Shown here in pieces: positions 52,630-62,406 of a stretch of DNA of 64,000 bases. The notes under the pieces were generated by a model. It ran no database searches and had not been told where the DNA came from. It saw only the letters and a list, made by a program, of their open reading frames with translations. Origin of the DNA: a virus. Position 1 is the stretch's first letter, and every line of letters begins with the position of its first letter. The stretch lies in the IMG/VR virus record IMGVR_UViG_3300030114_000522. One strand, written 5' to 3'. A program made the translations under genes and the position numbers.

Positions 52630-54144
52630 ATGAATAAAGTATTTTTAGATAATTTACCTCAAGATTATAATGAAAAAACTAATAAAAAAGTTATTCATTG
52701 GAGCAAAATAGTAGGGTTATTTATATTTTTTATTTATAACAATATTAAAGGAACAATGGAGATAGTAAAATACAACAAAAAAGGATATTTAACAGTAAAG
52801 TATAACAATAGATTATTTGATATTAGTATAGCTAGTATATATGGATGTAATTTGGGTAAAATATTAGGAACAGTAACATCTGAATTTAAAATAGAAATAG
52901 GAGAAAACATAAAAGACAATAAAAGAGATATTACTATTACTAATAGAAAAATAATACAAAAAGAAAACACAGATAAATTAGGTAGAAAGAGTATTGCAAA
53001 AGAAAAATGGTATCAATATCATTGTAACGAGTGTGGTTTTGAATGTGGGGAATATTATTATCAGCAAGAATATAAAGAAGAATATTGGATAATTGAAAGT
53101 AGTTTATTAAATAATAGTGGTTGTGCTTGTTGCTCTAATCCGTCTAAAATTGTAGTTGTTGGTTACAATGATATTCCTACAACTGCTCCTTGGATGATTA
53201 AATATTTTCAAGGTGGTTATGATGAAGCTAAGAAATATACTAGAAGAAGTAGAGAAGAAATAATCCCTATTTGTCCCGATTGTGGACAAATTAAAGATAA
53301 AAAGATGAGAATTCAAAATATTTATTTACGTAAATCTATTGGTTGTAAAAAATGCAGTGATAATATAAGTTACCCAAGTAAAATAATGTTTAATATATTA
53401 GAACAACTACAAATAGATTTTGAGACAGAATATAATCCAGAATGGTGTAAATATTTATTTAAAGACAAACCAAGACGAGGATTATATGATTTTTATTTTA
53501 AATTAAATGATAAAAAATATATAACCGAGATGGACGGGGCATGGCATACCAACGATAATAATATAAGTGGACAAACTAAAATGGAATCAAAATATATAGA
53601 TGATGAAAAAGACAGATTAGCTATTGAACATAGAATTGAGAAACCTATTAGAATTGATTCAGAAATATCTGATTTAGAATATATTAAACAAAATATACTT
53701 AAATCAAAATTAAATGAATTATTTAATTTGAGTAAAATTGATTGGAAGAAAGTTGAAGAATTTGCATTATCAAATTTAGTAAAAGTAGCTTGTGAATATA
53801 AAAATAATAATACTGATTTAACTACTAGAGATATAGGAAAGACAATGAAACTAAGTATATCTACCATAATAGATTATTTAAAGAAAGGAAGTAGTATTGG
53901 TTGGTGTAATTACAATGTCAAAGAAGAGCGAGTAAAAAGTAGTATTCACAATGGAAAGGCAAATGGTAAGAGTGTGGAAATGTTTAATAAAAATGGAATT
54001 AGCTTAGGTATATTTTCATCTTGTGCCGAATTAGGAAGAAAAAGCTTAGAATTATTTGGAGTTAATTTAAATGCTTCAGGAATAGCTAGGGTGTGTACAG
54101 GTGAAAGAAAACAATATAAAAATTATACATTTTTATATATATAA
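52630..54144 (+). CDS. Zn-ribbon/PD-(D/E)xK (DUF559/Vsr-like) homing-endonuclease-like protein with NUMOD1-like tail
   Basis: Multiple CxxC; YDFYF...ITEMDGAWH; C-terminal IARVCTGERKQYKNYTF. Confidence 0.7.
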   Translation: MNKVFLDNLPQDYNEKTNKKVIHWSKIVGLFIFFIYNNIKGTMEIVKYNKKGYLTVKYNNRLFDISIASIYGCNLGKILGTVTSEFKIEIGENIKDNKRDITITNRKIIQKENTDKLGRKSIAKEKWYQYHCNECGFECGEYYYQQEYKEEYWIIESSLLNNSGCACCSNPSKIVVVGYNDIPTTAPWMIKYFQGGYDEAKKYTRRSREEIIPICPDCGQIKDKKMRIQNIYLRKSIGCKKCSDNISYPSKIMFNILEQLQIDFETEYNPEWCKYLFKDKPRRGLYDFYFKLNDKKYITEMDGAWHTNDNNISGQTKMESKYIDDEKDRLAIEHRIEKPIRIDSEISDLEYIKQNILKSKLNELFNLSKIDWKKVEEFALSNLVKVACEYKNNNTDLTTRDIGKTMKLSISTIIDYLKKGSSIGWCNYNVKEERVKSSIHNGKANGKSVEMFNKNGISLGIFSSCAELGRKSLELFGVNLNASGIARVCTGERKQYKNYTFLYI

Positions 54145-54275
54145 TTATAGTCACCATTATATAGCAAGGACTTCTAATAACACTTAATATCAAGATAAAT
54201 CAAATATTTTATATTAATATTAGAAGATAGTTTATAGACTAGGAATACAAATTTTTCCTAGTCCTTTTAATCCAA

Positions 54276-54572
54276 TTAAATATAATATTGTAAGTTTTCT
54301 TCAGCAACATCTTCATAATTAACTTTATCTTTTTTAGAACATGACTCTCTTATCTCACAATTCATGCACGAGTAAAACAAAATATCCTTCGGACAAATCT
54401 TTAAAGCTAAAGAGATACTTTTTAACAATGCAAGCTGGGGCGAGCGTTTCCTTATAATATTGTCAGCTTCTAATAAAGATATTTGTTGTTGACTGGTACC
54501 TACTAACTCGGCAAGCTCATTTTGCGTGATACGTCGTAATTGCCTATATTTTTTAATATACAATATATACAT
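54276..54572 (-). CDS. XRE-family HTH regulator with Cys-rich tail
   Basis: IKKYRQLRRITQNELAELVGTSQQQISLLE. Confidence 0.85.
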   Translation of the reverse strand: MYILYIKKYRQLRRITQNELAELVGTSQQQISLLEADNIIRKRSPQLALLKSISLALKICPKDILFYSCMNCEIRESCSKKDKVNYEDVAEENLQYYI

Positions 54573-54584
54573 AATACCACCACT

Positions 54585-54635
54585 TTCGACAAACTTTATT
54601 GTTTACAAATAGTATAACATGAAAATATTGTCGAA
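54585..54635. promoter_or_regulatory. Two Spo0A boxes flanking the XRE-gene promoter
   Basis: TTCGACA at 54585-54591 and TGTCGAA at 54629-54635; minus-strand TTGATT-17-TATACT. Confidence 0.55.
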
Positions 54636-54817
54636 TCAATAGGTAATTGTAACCAAATATAAAAAATAAAGATGTTTTTACAACTGGGTGTTGTACCTAT
54701 TAGTTTAAAATGAGTATATAATAAAAATACACCCAAAACACTAATTAATAAATATCATAATAACCGATAAAAATATATTGACTAAGGACACTTTCGGTAG
54801 TAAAATAAATATATGGG

Positions 54818-54829
54818 GAATGTACGTTC
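54818..54829 (+). promoter_or_regulatory. LexA (SOS) box-like site
   Basis: GAAT-GTAC-GTTC (1 mismatch to GAAC-N4-GTTC) just downstream of TTGACT-17-TAAAAT. Confidence 0.4.
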
Positions 54830-54967
54830 GTATAGGGTAATGAAAATAAAATCTAATAAAGGTAAAAATTAACTTGATAATTACTTTAATATGTTATACA
54901 ATAATAAATAAGGACAAACTATTTGTTTAATTTGTTTTTAAATATATAAATATGGGGAGAGATAAAT

Positions 54968-55225
54968 ATGGTAGAAATAACAAAACAAGAAAAAATGGAA
55001 TTAGAATTAGGTTGCTTTGTAGATGATTATAGTAAGGAAATGATGTATGTAGGAATAGTTGGCGAAGACAGTATAGTTTGTTATGGATATGAACTACTAG
55101 ATAAATTAGGAATTAAGACTTTCAATTATAGTGGATTAACATTAGCTGAATACATACAACAGAGTAATGAGGAAAAAATGAATGTTATAGTTGATAATAT
55201 TAAATATGAAATTGGATTATTGTAA
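54968..55225 (+). CDS. hypothetical protein
   Basis: GGGGAG RBS. Confidence 0.68.
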   Translation: MVEITKQEKMELELGCFVDDYSKEMMYVGIVGEDSIVCYGYELLDKLGIKTFNYSGLTLAEYIQQSNEEKMNVIVDNIKYEIGLL

Positions 55226-55348
55226 CCAATATTATTAATTATGAAATATATTAAATTATCAAAATTATTTAATAAAAACTCTTGATTTAATTTATTTTGT
55301 GTATTATAATTAATTAATGAAATAAATTAATGAAGGAGTGTAACTAAT

Positions 55349-56779
55349 ATGGAAAATAATAATAACATTTATATAATGCAAAACTTACCATTGGAATTAA
55401 CATTAGCAATAAAAAATAATGTTTCAGATATGAAATTACAAAGAAGATTAAATGAATTGTTTGCAGAAAAGGGATTAAGCACTAATACAGTTTACGAATT
55501 ATTTAATAATACGTTAGACCCAGAAAAATTAGACAAGATAGAAACAATAGCACTATCGATGGAAATATATAAAGAAACGAATAACGAAAAAATAAATCCT
55601 AATAATTATTATAGTGATTCAGATATTCAAGGTTATAATTCTTATATTCCAAAAGATTATGATAAGATGGATTTATTAAACTTAAAAAATGTAACTAAAA
55701 TTAATGAATATGAATACTCAGTATATATGTCTTGGGAATTATTATCTAAGATAAGAAAAAACAGATTATACACTCATGAAAAAGAAATTCAAAGAGCACC
55801 AAAATATGTAACACTTCCTAATGGAGAAGTAGTTTTAAAAGAAAATTTGAATTTAGAAGGCGTAGAAGATTTAAAACAAAGATTTAAGTCAAGAGATATT
55901 AAAGTAACTACAATAACATTTGCTTTATTACTACAAAAGGGGAAACAAGCAAAATATCAATTTGATGAATACAAACCTAAAGAAGGTATGAAAGTAGATG
56001 AAGTTGAAAAAACAAAAGAACAGTTTGGAATACTAGGTGATATGTTTATAAAACCTGATTTTAACAAAGAATCTCCCAATTATGCTCCGTTCATTATAAG
56101 TGACGGAAATCATAGATTTACTGCTGGGTGTGATGCTTTTGAAGAAAAGAAATTACATGGTCAAAAACTAGAAGGTGGATTAATGGTATCTATTCATATT
56201 AGCGATTCAGTTGAAGAAAAGATTTTCGTCGATGACATTTTTAAACGTAGTGATACTGATATTGAATGGAGACAAAGTATGGTAGAAACAGATTCAAGTA
56301 AATGTGTTGATGAATTAATTAAAAAAATTGATTTATTTAAAGATAATTCAATTGCAAGAATATTTGAAGAAATGAAAATAAATAAATCTTTAACTTATTC
56401 TACGATATTAAAGAAAGCGATTGACGAAACTAATATAAATTTAACTGATAAAGTAGAAGTTAAATTTGATACAGATGCTATGTCATCTATAATCAACGAA
56501 TTAATAAGTCATTTATTAAATAGAAGTAATATGTTCGTTGATTTAAAACACATGAAAGAAAGTAGTTATTTATTAGATAGTGGAATGTTTGCTGGGTATA
56601 TAGCAATAGCATATGCTCTAAAAGATACTTGGGACGTAGACAAAATGATTAACATTGCTATTAAGTTATTAGAATTAAACAAGGGAAACGAAATTAGGAA
56701 AATGAAGTTAGACCAAAAGAGTGTTAATATTAAAAATGTATATGAGTTCTTTAGTAACTTAGTAAAGGAGATGAAGTAA
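55349..56779 (+). CDS. DndB/ParB-like (DGQHR-type) protein, SPbeta YopQ/SroE-like
   Basis: IQR and ISDGNHRF motifs; directly upstream of the MrpR-like gene. Confidence 0.6.
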   Translation: MENNNNIYIMQNLPLELTLAIKNNVSDMKLQRRLNELFAEKGLSTNTVYELFNNTLDPEKLDKIETIALSMEIYKETNNEKINPNNYYSDSDIQGYNSYIPKDYDKMDLLNLKNVTKINEYEYSVYMSWELLSKIRKNRLYTHEKEIQRAPKYVTLPNGEVVLKENLNLEGVEDLKQRFKSRDIKVTTITFALLLQKGKQAKYQFDEYKPKEGMKVDEVEKTKEQFGILGDMFIKPDFNKESPNYAPFIISDGNHRFTAGCDAFEEKKLHGQKLEGGLMVSIHISDSVEEKIFVDDIFKRSDTDIEWRQSMVETDSSKCVDELIKKIDLFKDNSIARIFEEMKINKSLTYSTILKKAIDETNINLTDKVEVKFDTDAMSSIINELISHLLNRSNMFVDLKHMKESSYLLDSGMFAGYIAIAYALKDTWDVDKMINIAIKLLELNKGNEIRKMKLDQKSVNIKNVYEFFSNLVKEMK

Positions 56780-56780
56780 T

Positions 56781-57863
56781 ATGTCTGATATATTTTATGG
56801 AATTTATGAAGACGATAGAAAACACAATCTAATAGATAAATATAAAAAGAATAAGATTACCTTTATAAATGAAAGAGAAGATTTTGCTGAAGCTACTAAA
56901 GATAATTATTTAAAACTATTTAAGAGCTATGTATATTATTTAGAAAATATTAAAAAGAAAGATTTATATGATTTTGATAAAATGGAAATAGTAGAATTAT
57001 TAAAATCAGCACCAACTACAAGTACAAAAACAAAAGCTAGTTTATTCTCAGCTATAAATGGTTATGAAGAATGGGCAATAAAAAGAGGGTTTAGACTTAC
57101 AAGTAATCCATGTGATGGGATAAATTTAAAAGAAACATTAGTAGTTAATAAACAAGCAGTAATACACAATTATTATAAATTACCTGATTTTTGGGAAATA
57201 ATTAAAAAGCTAGAGACCAAAAATGACATAAATAATCTTATAATATTAATACTATTAAGATATGGCATAACTATGAAACTTCAACCAGGTTTAAAATGGG
57301 AAGATATAAATAGAGAAGAAAAGAAACTATATCTATTTGATACAGATAGAGTTCTACTAACTATATTAGATATAGATGATACTTTTATAGAATATATAGA
57401 CAAGACTTATAATTTTAATAACTATTCTTATAAAATGGCAACTAGACCAAAGCTAACAGGGGGAAGAACTGAATGGCAAAAAGAAGTTAACTATCAACTT
57501 GGAGAGTATGTATTAAAGACTACTAATATGCAAGCTGATGATAGCAATATGGTATCAGATTCAGTTATATATAATAGATATAATGCAGTATTCAATAATA
57601 ATAAAATGGATGATGGAGAAGTAATTAAAAGGTTATCTATTTTAGATTTATATAGAAGTAGAAAATTTGATGAACTTTATAAGATTTATAATTTAAAAGG
57701 AGAACTAAGCGTAAAAGATATAAAGGTAGTTAATGATAAAATTAATTTAAATTCTAAACCTTCAATTAATACAGTATTAAGAAAAGATTTTGAATTAATA
57801 TCTGGAATTGAAATAGTAATCGATAGGAACGGTGAAAAAAGAAAATCTAAAAATAAACAATAA
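56781..57863 (+). CDS. MrpR/YopR(SroF)-like master repressor with degenerate tyrosine-recombinase fold
   Basis: Core-binding-like N-terminus ending SNPC; LLRYGI..LKWEDIN and LYRSRKF lack the R/HxxR/H/Y set. Confidence 0.6.
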   Translation: MSDIFYGIYEDDRKHNLIDKYKKNKITFINEREDFAEATKDNYLKLFKSYVYYLENIKKKDLYDFDKMEIVELLKSAPTTSTKTKASLFSAINGYEEWAIKRGFRLTSNPCDGINLKETLVVNKQAVIHNYYKLPDFWEIIKKLETKNDINNLIILILLRYGITMKLQPGLKWEDINREEKKLYLFDTDRVLLTILDIDDTFIEYIDKTYNFNNYSYKMATRPKLTGGRTEWQKEVNYQLGEYVLKTTNMQADDSNMVSDSVIYNRYNAVFNNNKMDDGEVIKRLSILDLYRSRKFDELYKIYNLKGELSVKDIKVVNDKINLNSKPSINTVLRKDFELISGIEIVIDRNGEKRKSKNKQ

Positions 57864-58007
57864 TTAAGTAAAATAGCGAGGTTAGGGGATTAATTTTCTC
57901 TAATCTTATTTAACTTAAAAATATATTAAAATAATTACAAAAAAGTGTTGACATCTATATACTTATAATATATACTATTAATTGTAAGGTAGTTATAGAT
58001 ACTACTT

Positions 58008-58805
58008 ATGGCAATAAACAATAATATATTAAAATATGAGGTGAAGGATATGAATAAAACATTACAAGAACAATTACAAGAGGTAAAAAATACTATGATT
58101 GGGGAAACTAAAGATAATAATAAATATGTTGGGGAACATATTGAAAATAGAGTTTATGATGAATTTGGTAACATATTAGATTTAAAGGATATTAAAAGAG
58201 GAGATAGCTTACTTATTGATTTAGGTAATAATAGTGTTGGTTCTGAACAAGCAGGTACACGTTGGGCTATCTGTATTCAAAATAATGTTGGGAATAAATA
58301 TTCTCCTACTATTATAGTAGCTTTTGCGACAAGTAAATTAACTAAAAGTCAATTACCTACACACACGATAATTAAAGCTGGTCAATTTGGTTTTAAAGAA
58401 GATTCGATTATATTACTAGAACAAGTTAGAACAATAGATAAAAAACGTATTATAGCAAGAAAAGGACATGTAGATAATGCAACAATGCAGTTAATAGATA
58501 ATGCAAAAGATATATCTATGAGTGAATTAAAACCAAAGTCATTACTAGAAAGACTTCAAAAAGATATGAGAGATTATATTATTACTACTTTAAAAGATGT
58601 CAATGAATATGAAATAACTGTTGAAAAAATGAAATATGAGGATATGGAAAAAAGTTCTATATCATTTATGATTAAGAAGAAACTTTTATTATTGGATAAA
58701 TTTATAAAGTATTGTAAACAAAATCAATTAGACTATGAAGCTTTTTATAAATTAAATCACGGGGTTAATAAAGAGGTATTAGAAATGTCAATAGCTTTAG
58801 ATTAG
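58008..58805 (+). CDS. mazF: MazF/PemK (EndoA-like) endoribonuclease with N- and C-terminal extensions, no adjacent MazE
   Basis: KRGD...GSEQAGTR...QNNVGNKYSPT..LPTH..EQVRTIDK; start probably 58050. Confidence 0.88.
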   Translation: MAINNNILKYEVKDMNKTLQEQLQEVKNTMIGETKDNNKYVGEHIENRVYDEFGNILDLKDIKRGDSLLIDLGNNSVGSEQAGTRWAICIQNNVGNKYSPTIIVAFATSKLTKSQLPTHTIIKAGQFGFKEDSIILLEQVRTIDKKRIIARKGHVDNATMQLIDNAKDISMSELKPKSLLERLQKDMRDYIITTLKDVNEYEITVEKMKYEDMEKSSISFMIKKKLLLLDKFIKYCKQNQLDYEAFYKLNHGVNKEVLEMSIALD

Positions 58806-59235
58806 AATAATACTATAACATATTAAATTAAACAACATTAGAGGATAAGACGTAATCGACAGAATAACTTTTGGAGATGATAACGTGATTTGTAAAAATA
58901 AGTATAATAAGCATCAACTAGGTATAGAAGATAATATAGTTGATGCTTATTTGTCATACATAATTATATTTAAAAATAAACTTAATAATTAATTAAAATA
59001 ATACTAAATAAACTATTGACATACATAACCATAAGAGTATAATGGAATTATAAATCAAATAACTAATTAAAATAATAGTGAGGTGAGAATGATGTTAAAT
59101 GTTATATTGAAGAAGTTAAAAGGATTATTACATAGTGATTTATGGGAAACTGAAATGTTAAATGAAATCAACATGGAGTTATATAAATAAGAGTCTGTGT
59201 AAAATTAACAGTTTATTCAAATAATAAATTAGAAA

Positions 59236-59667
59236 ATGGAGGAATTAATAATGAAGAATATTTATATGATTAAAGAAACGTGTCCTATGTGGAATGATGG
59301 AACTGGTGTTGATTATAAGGTAATAAAACCTTATGTATTTTTAAAACAAAAAGAAGCTGAAACTTGTCGGCTAGATTTTGAATGGATATCTGCTGATAGG
59401 GTATTATGTACTGAATATGAACTAATAAATATTGAAGTGGATAATGAAGAAGAATTAAAAGAAATTAATGTTGAAGGTGAATTAATTATAATTAGAAATG
59501 TGATTAATGGAGATTATGAAGAAGAATTTAGATATGATATTCATTCTTGGGAGCAATTAGATTCAGCAGGAAGAATAGGTAATGATTATAGTGATGAAGA
59601 GTTTGAAACAGATGGACTATGTGAAAATATTATATATGAAGCACTATATGATATCGAGGAGGAATAA
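59236..59667 (+). CDS. hypothetical protein
   Basis: RBS. Confidence 0.7.
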   Translation: MEELIMKNIYMIKETCPMWNDGTGVDYKVIKPYVFLKQKEAETCRLDFEWISADRVLCTEYELINIEVDNEEELKEINVEGELIIIRNVINGDYEEEFRYDIHSWEQLDSAGRIGNDYSDEEFETDGLCENIIYEALYDIEEE

Positions 59668-59848
59668 TTAAAATGTGGGGAGAATTTATGGAAAAAGAAA
59701 AGTCATTAGAAGAAATTATTCAAGATTATATAAATGAATATCAAAAAGAATATAATGAAACCTTAAATGATTCAGAAAGGGCATATGCTAATGGAAAAAT
59801 ATATTCTTTAAGAGTATTGTTAAGAAAGTTGATGGAGGGATAATTAAA

Positions 59849-60041
59849 ATGAACTATAAAGAAAGAAATGATTATACTAGAATGATTGACCTATCAATAG
59901 GAACAAAGTTTTATGTTGTAAACGGTGTTTTGGGAAGGTAAAATAATTGAAAAGGATAGTATTAAATATATTAAAAACGAAGTAGGCGATTTTGAAATAG
60001 ATGATAATGATAAACTTATTATTTCTATTTTGAATAAATAG
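59849..60041 (+). pseudogene. Small gene broken by a +1 frameshift
   Basis: ATG 59849 frame stops early, +1 frame continues WEGKIIEK... to TAG 60041; span is 64 codons plus 1 nt. Confidence 0.5.
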
Positions 60042-60053
60042 GAGGACGTTAAA

Positions 60054-60377
60054 ATGTTTAAATTTTTGAAATTAAAAACACCAAAAGAGAAATCGGAATA
60101 TAATAAAGAAAAAATTATTAATAAAAATGTTAAATTGATAAATAAAAGCTATAGTATGGAAATTAAATCCATGATATCTAAGGGTATTATATATACAAAT
60201 CATAAGATGGCTTTGTTACCATTTACATATGGCAATGTTAATTCTTTTAGGGAGGAATCTGTACAGAAAGGTTTAATAAAATTGAGAGATAAATATAAAA
60301 ATAAAGGGATTATATTTGAAATAACATGGACAGGTTGCCAAAATAGTTACATTGGAATAAGTATTGAATTTATATAA
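60054..60377 (+). CDS. hypothetical protein
   Basis: AGGAGG RBS. Confidence 0.7.
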   Translation: MFKFLKLKTPKEKSEYNKEKIINKNVKLINKSYSMEIKSMISKGIIYTNHKMALLPFTYGNVNSFREESVQKGLIKLRDKYKNKGIIFEITWTGCQNSYIGISIEFI

Positions 60378-60396
60378 ATAGGAGGAGAGATTTTAA

Positions 60397-60579
60397 ATGA
60401 AAAATATAATTGAAGGATTATTATTTATAGGTATAGTAATTGCATATGCATTATTCATGGCATTAATATTATTTAAATTTTTTACGTGGGCTATGTTTAT
60501 TGGTTTTTATATTAAGATAGTTATAATAGGAATAATTTTAGTAGTTGTTAGTTATTACATTGGAAAAATATTAGGATAA
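60397..60579 (+). CDS. small two-TM membrane protein
   Basis: Hydrophobic; RBS. Confidence 0.68.
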   Translation: MKNIIEGLLFIGIVIAYALFMALILFKFFTWAMFIGFYIKIVIIGIILVVVSYYIGKILG

Positions 60580-60592
60580 GGAGAAGATTAAA

Positions 60593-60907
60593 ATGGAATT
60601 AATAGATTTTAAAACGGAATTAGAAGATGCTAGAAATAAGGATAAAAACATACATGCAATATTTAATAAAATAGTTGAGGACAATCTAGATAATTTAAAG
60701 CAGTTTTTAGAAGAAGGATATAATGTAAGGATTATAGAAGATGAAGAACATTTTTTAAAAACATTACACTTTTTATCAAGAGAATCAGAAAATTGGAATT
60801 ATGATTTTTCTTTTAGTAACATAGAAAATAAATGTGCGTTTGATGATAAAGAAGCCATAACTAAAATATTAACTGAATTTGTAATTGAATTAATAAGAGA
60901 AAAATAA
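60593..60907 (+). CDS. hypothetical protein
   Basis: RBS. Confidence 0.7.
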   Translation: MELIDFKTELEDARNKDKNIHAIFNKIVEDNLDNLKQFLEEGYNVRIIEDEEHFLKTLHFLSRESENWNYDFSFSNIENKCAFDDKEAITKILTEFVIELIREK

Positions 60908-60936
60908 TAACTTGAAGAAAGTGAGGAATAAAAATA

Positions 60937-61206
60937 ATGAGTAAAGAAATAAACATACCTTTGACATGGGAAGAAATAGACGCAATTACAATATCATTAA
61001 GATTAACTAATCAAGCATTTAAAGGTAATATACGTGATGAATTAGAAGAGAAAATAAGTAATTATAGTATGATTGCAAAACAAGCTAATAATAAACAAAC
61101 AATAAGTTGTAAGGAAGATTGTATTTATTCAGGTAGACCTACATATAAATTTCCATGTGATAAATGCATAAGAGAAAATTTTAAATTTTATAAAAATAAA
61201 GAATAG
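60937..61206 (+). CDS. hypothetical protein
   Basis: RBS. Confidence 0.68.
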   Translation: MSKEINIPLTWEEIDAITISLRLTNQAFKGNIRDELEEKISNYSMIAKQANNKQTISCKEDCIYSGRPTYKFPCDKCIRENFKFYKNKE

Positions 61207-61222
61207 AGGAGAGATAATTAAT

Positions 61223-61909
61223 ATGGGCATGTTTGATGAAATATATGGTGAGGTAAAATGCCCTCATTGCAAGAAAATAATTGGATTTGAAACACAAACA
61301 AAAGAATATGATTGTATGATGGATAGATATACTATTGGTGATTACATGGAAAAAGGAAATGTTACGTCAGCTAGTTTGATTGAAAAAGATTGGTATTGTA
61401 CAGATTGTAAAAATCCATTTGACGTTAGTATAGTTTTTGTAAGAGGACAAATTATTAAATTTATTAATAATAATGAATTTAAAGATATTAATGTAAATAA
61501 GTTAGATAATATTGAAGAAGGTTTAGGGCATAGACTTGAATATGAAGAATTATGTAGACAAGGTGTAGGATATGCAAAAGAAACAGTAGATTTAGAAGAG
61601 CATCCTAAAAATGTAGGTAGTAGAATTAAAGTATTAAATCAAGATTGGTTAATTACAGAAATATATAAAGAAAATTTAGTTACTGATAAAGGTAGTAGAG
61701 TATATTCTTTGCATAAATTATGGTTTGAAAATGGTTTTGTTTATAAAGTTACTAATAAACTAGGAGATAGATTTATTAGGGTAGCTGAACAGATAGGTTT
61801 TAAAGGTGGATATAGCGTATTTTATGATGAAGGAAATTATAAAGAATACGACCATAGGAGTCCTCATAATTTTATAATACAATTTGGTTGTGAATTGGAG
61901 GAAATTTAA
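61223..61909 (+). CDS. Zn-binding phage protein (MGMFD..CPHC..QTK motifs)
   Basis: MGMFDE, CPHC, CTDC. Confidence 0.72.
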   Translation: MGMFDEIYGEVKCPHCKKIIGFETQTKEYDCMMDRYTIGDYMEKGNVTSASLIEKDWYCTDCKNPFDVSIVFVRGQIIKFINNNEFKDINVNKLDNIEEGLGHRLEYEELCRQGVGYAKETVDLEEHPKNVGSRIKVLNQDWLITEIYKENLVTDKGSRVYSLHKLWFENGFVYKVTNKLGDRFIRVAEQIGFKGGYSVFYDEGNYKEYDHRSPHNFIIQFGCELEEI

Positions 61910-62108
61910 AATGACGACACAAGAAAATTTTAATAAAATAGAATCTGAACATGGATGTGGATGTTGGAAATTATGTTGGGAACACGCATGTTCATGTTCT
62001 ATAACTATAGGTAATAAAGGACTAAGAGAAGATATTTACAATGGATTTATAGAAGAAAACAAACAAATTGCTGAAGAATATGATAGGGAGTGTGGCTATT
62101 ATGAATAA
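61884..62108 (+). CDS. Cys-rich hypothetical protein
   Basis: Start probably 61911 after GGAGG. Confidence 0.62.
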   Translation: MVVNWRKFKMTTQENFNKIESEHGCGCWKLCWEHACSCSITIGNKGLREDIYNGFIEENKQIAEEYDRECGYYE

Positions 62109-62406
62109 TTATATAAGTATTGATGTATATAAACCAAGAAGTTCTATTATTTATGGAGATGTTTTTATATTAAATATTCCAGATGAATTACATGATGTAG
62201 GTTACGAAGATGAATGTTGGGAAAGTGATAGTAATTTATTTGAAGAATATGAGGTAGCATTAAAATTACAAGGACTAGAAAAAGGATTATATAGATTAAA
62301 TATAAAACCTTATAATGAAAAGTCTTTAAATACAGTTATAAGACATGCAAGAGAATATAAAAAATATGAGTTTTTTCAAATTATAGATTGTGTTAAATTA
62401 GTATAG
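62068..62406 (+). CDS. hypothetical protein
   Basis: Start probably 62101. Confidence 0.65.
   Translation: MLKNMIGSVAIMNNYISIDVYKPRSSIIYGDVFILNIPDELHDVGYEDECWESDSNLFEEYEVALKLQGLEKGLYRLNIKPYNEKSLNTVIRHAREYKKYEFFQIIDCVKLV

Noticed and set aside
55349-56779. DNA phosphorothioation (dnd) system
   Set aside because: DndB-like domain only; no dndCDE; context matches a phage repression block.
56781-57863. Active integrase
   Set aside because: Catalytic R, HxxR, H/W and Y residues are not recognisable.
54276-58805. Arbitrium (AimR/AimP) system
   Set aside because: No TPR-type receptor or signal-peptide propeptide gene in this block.
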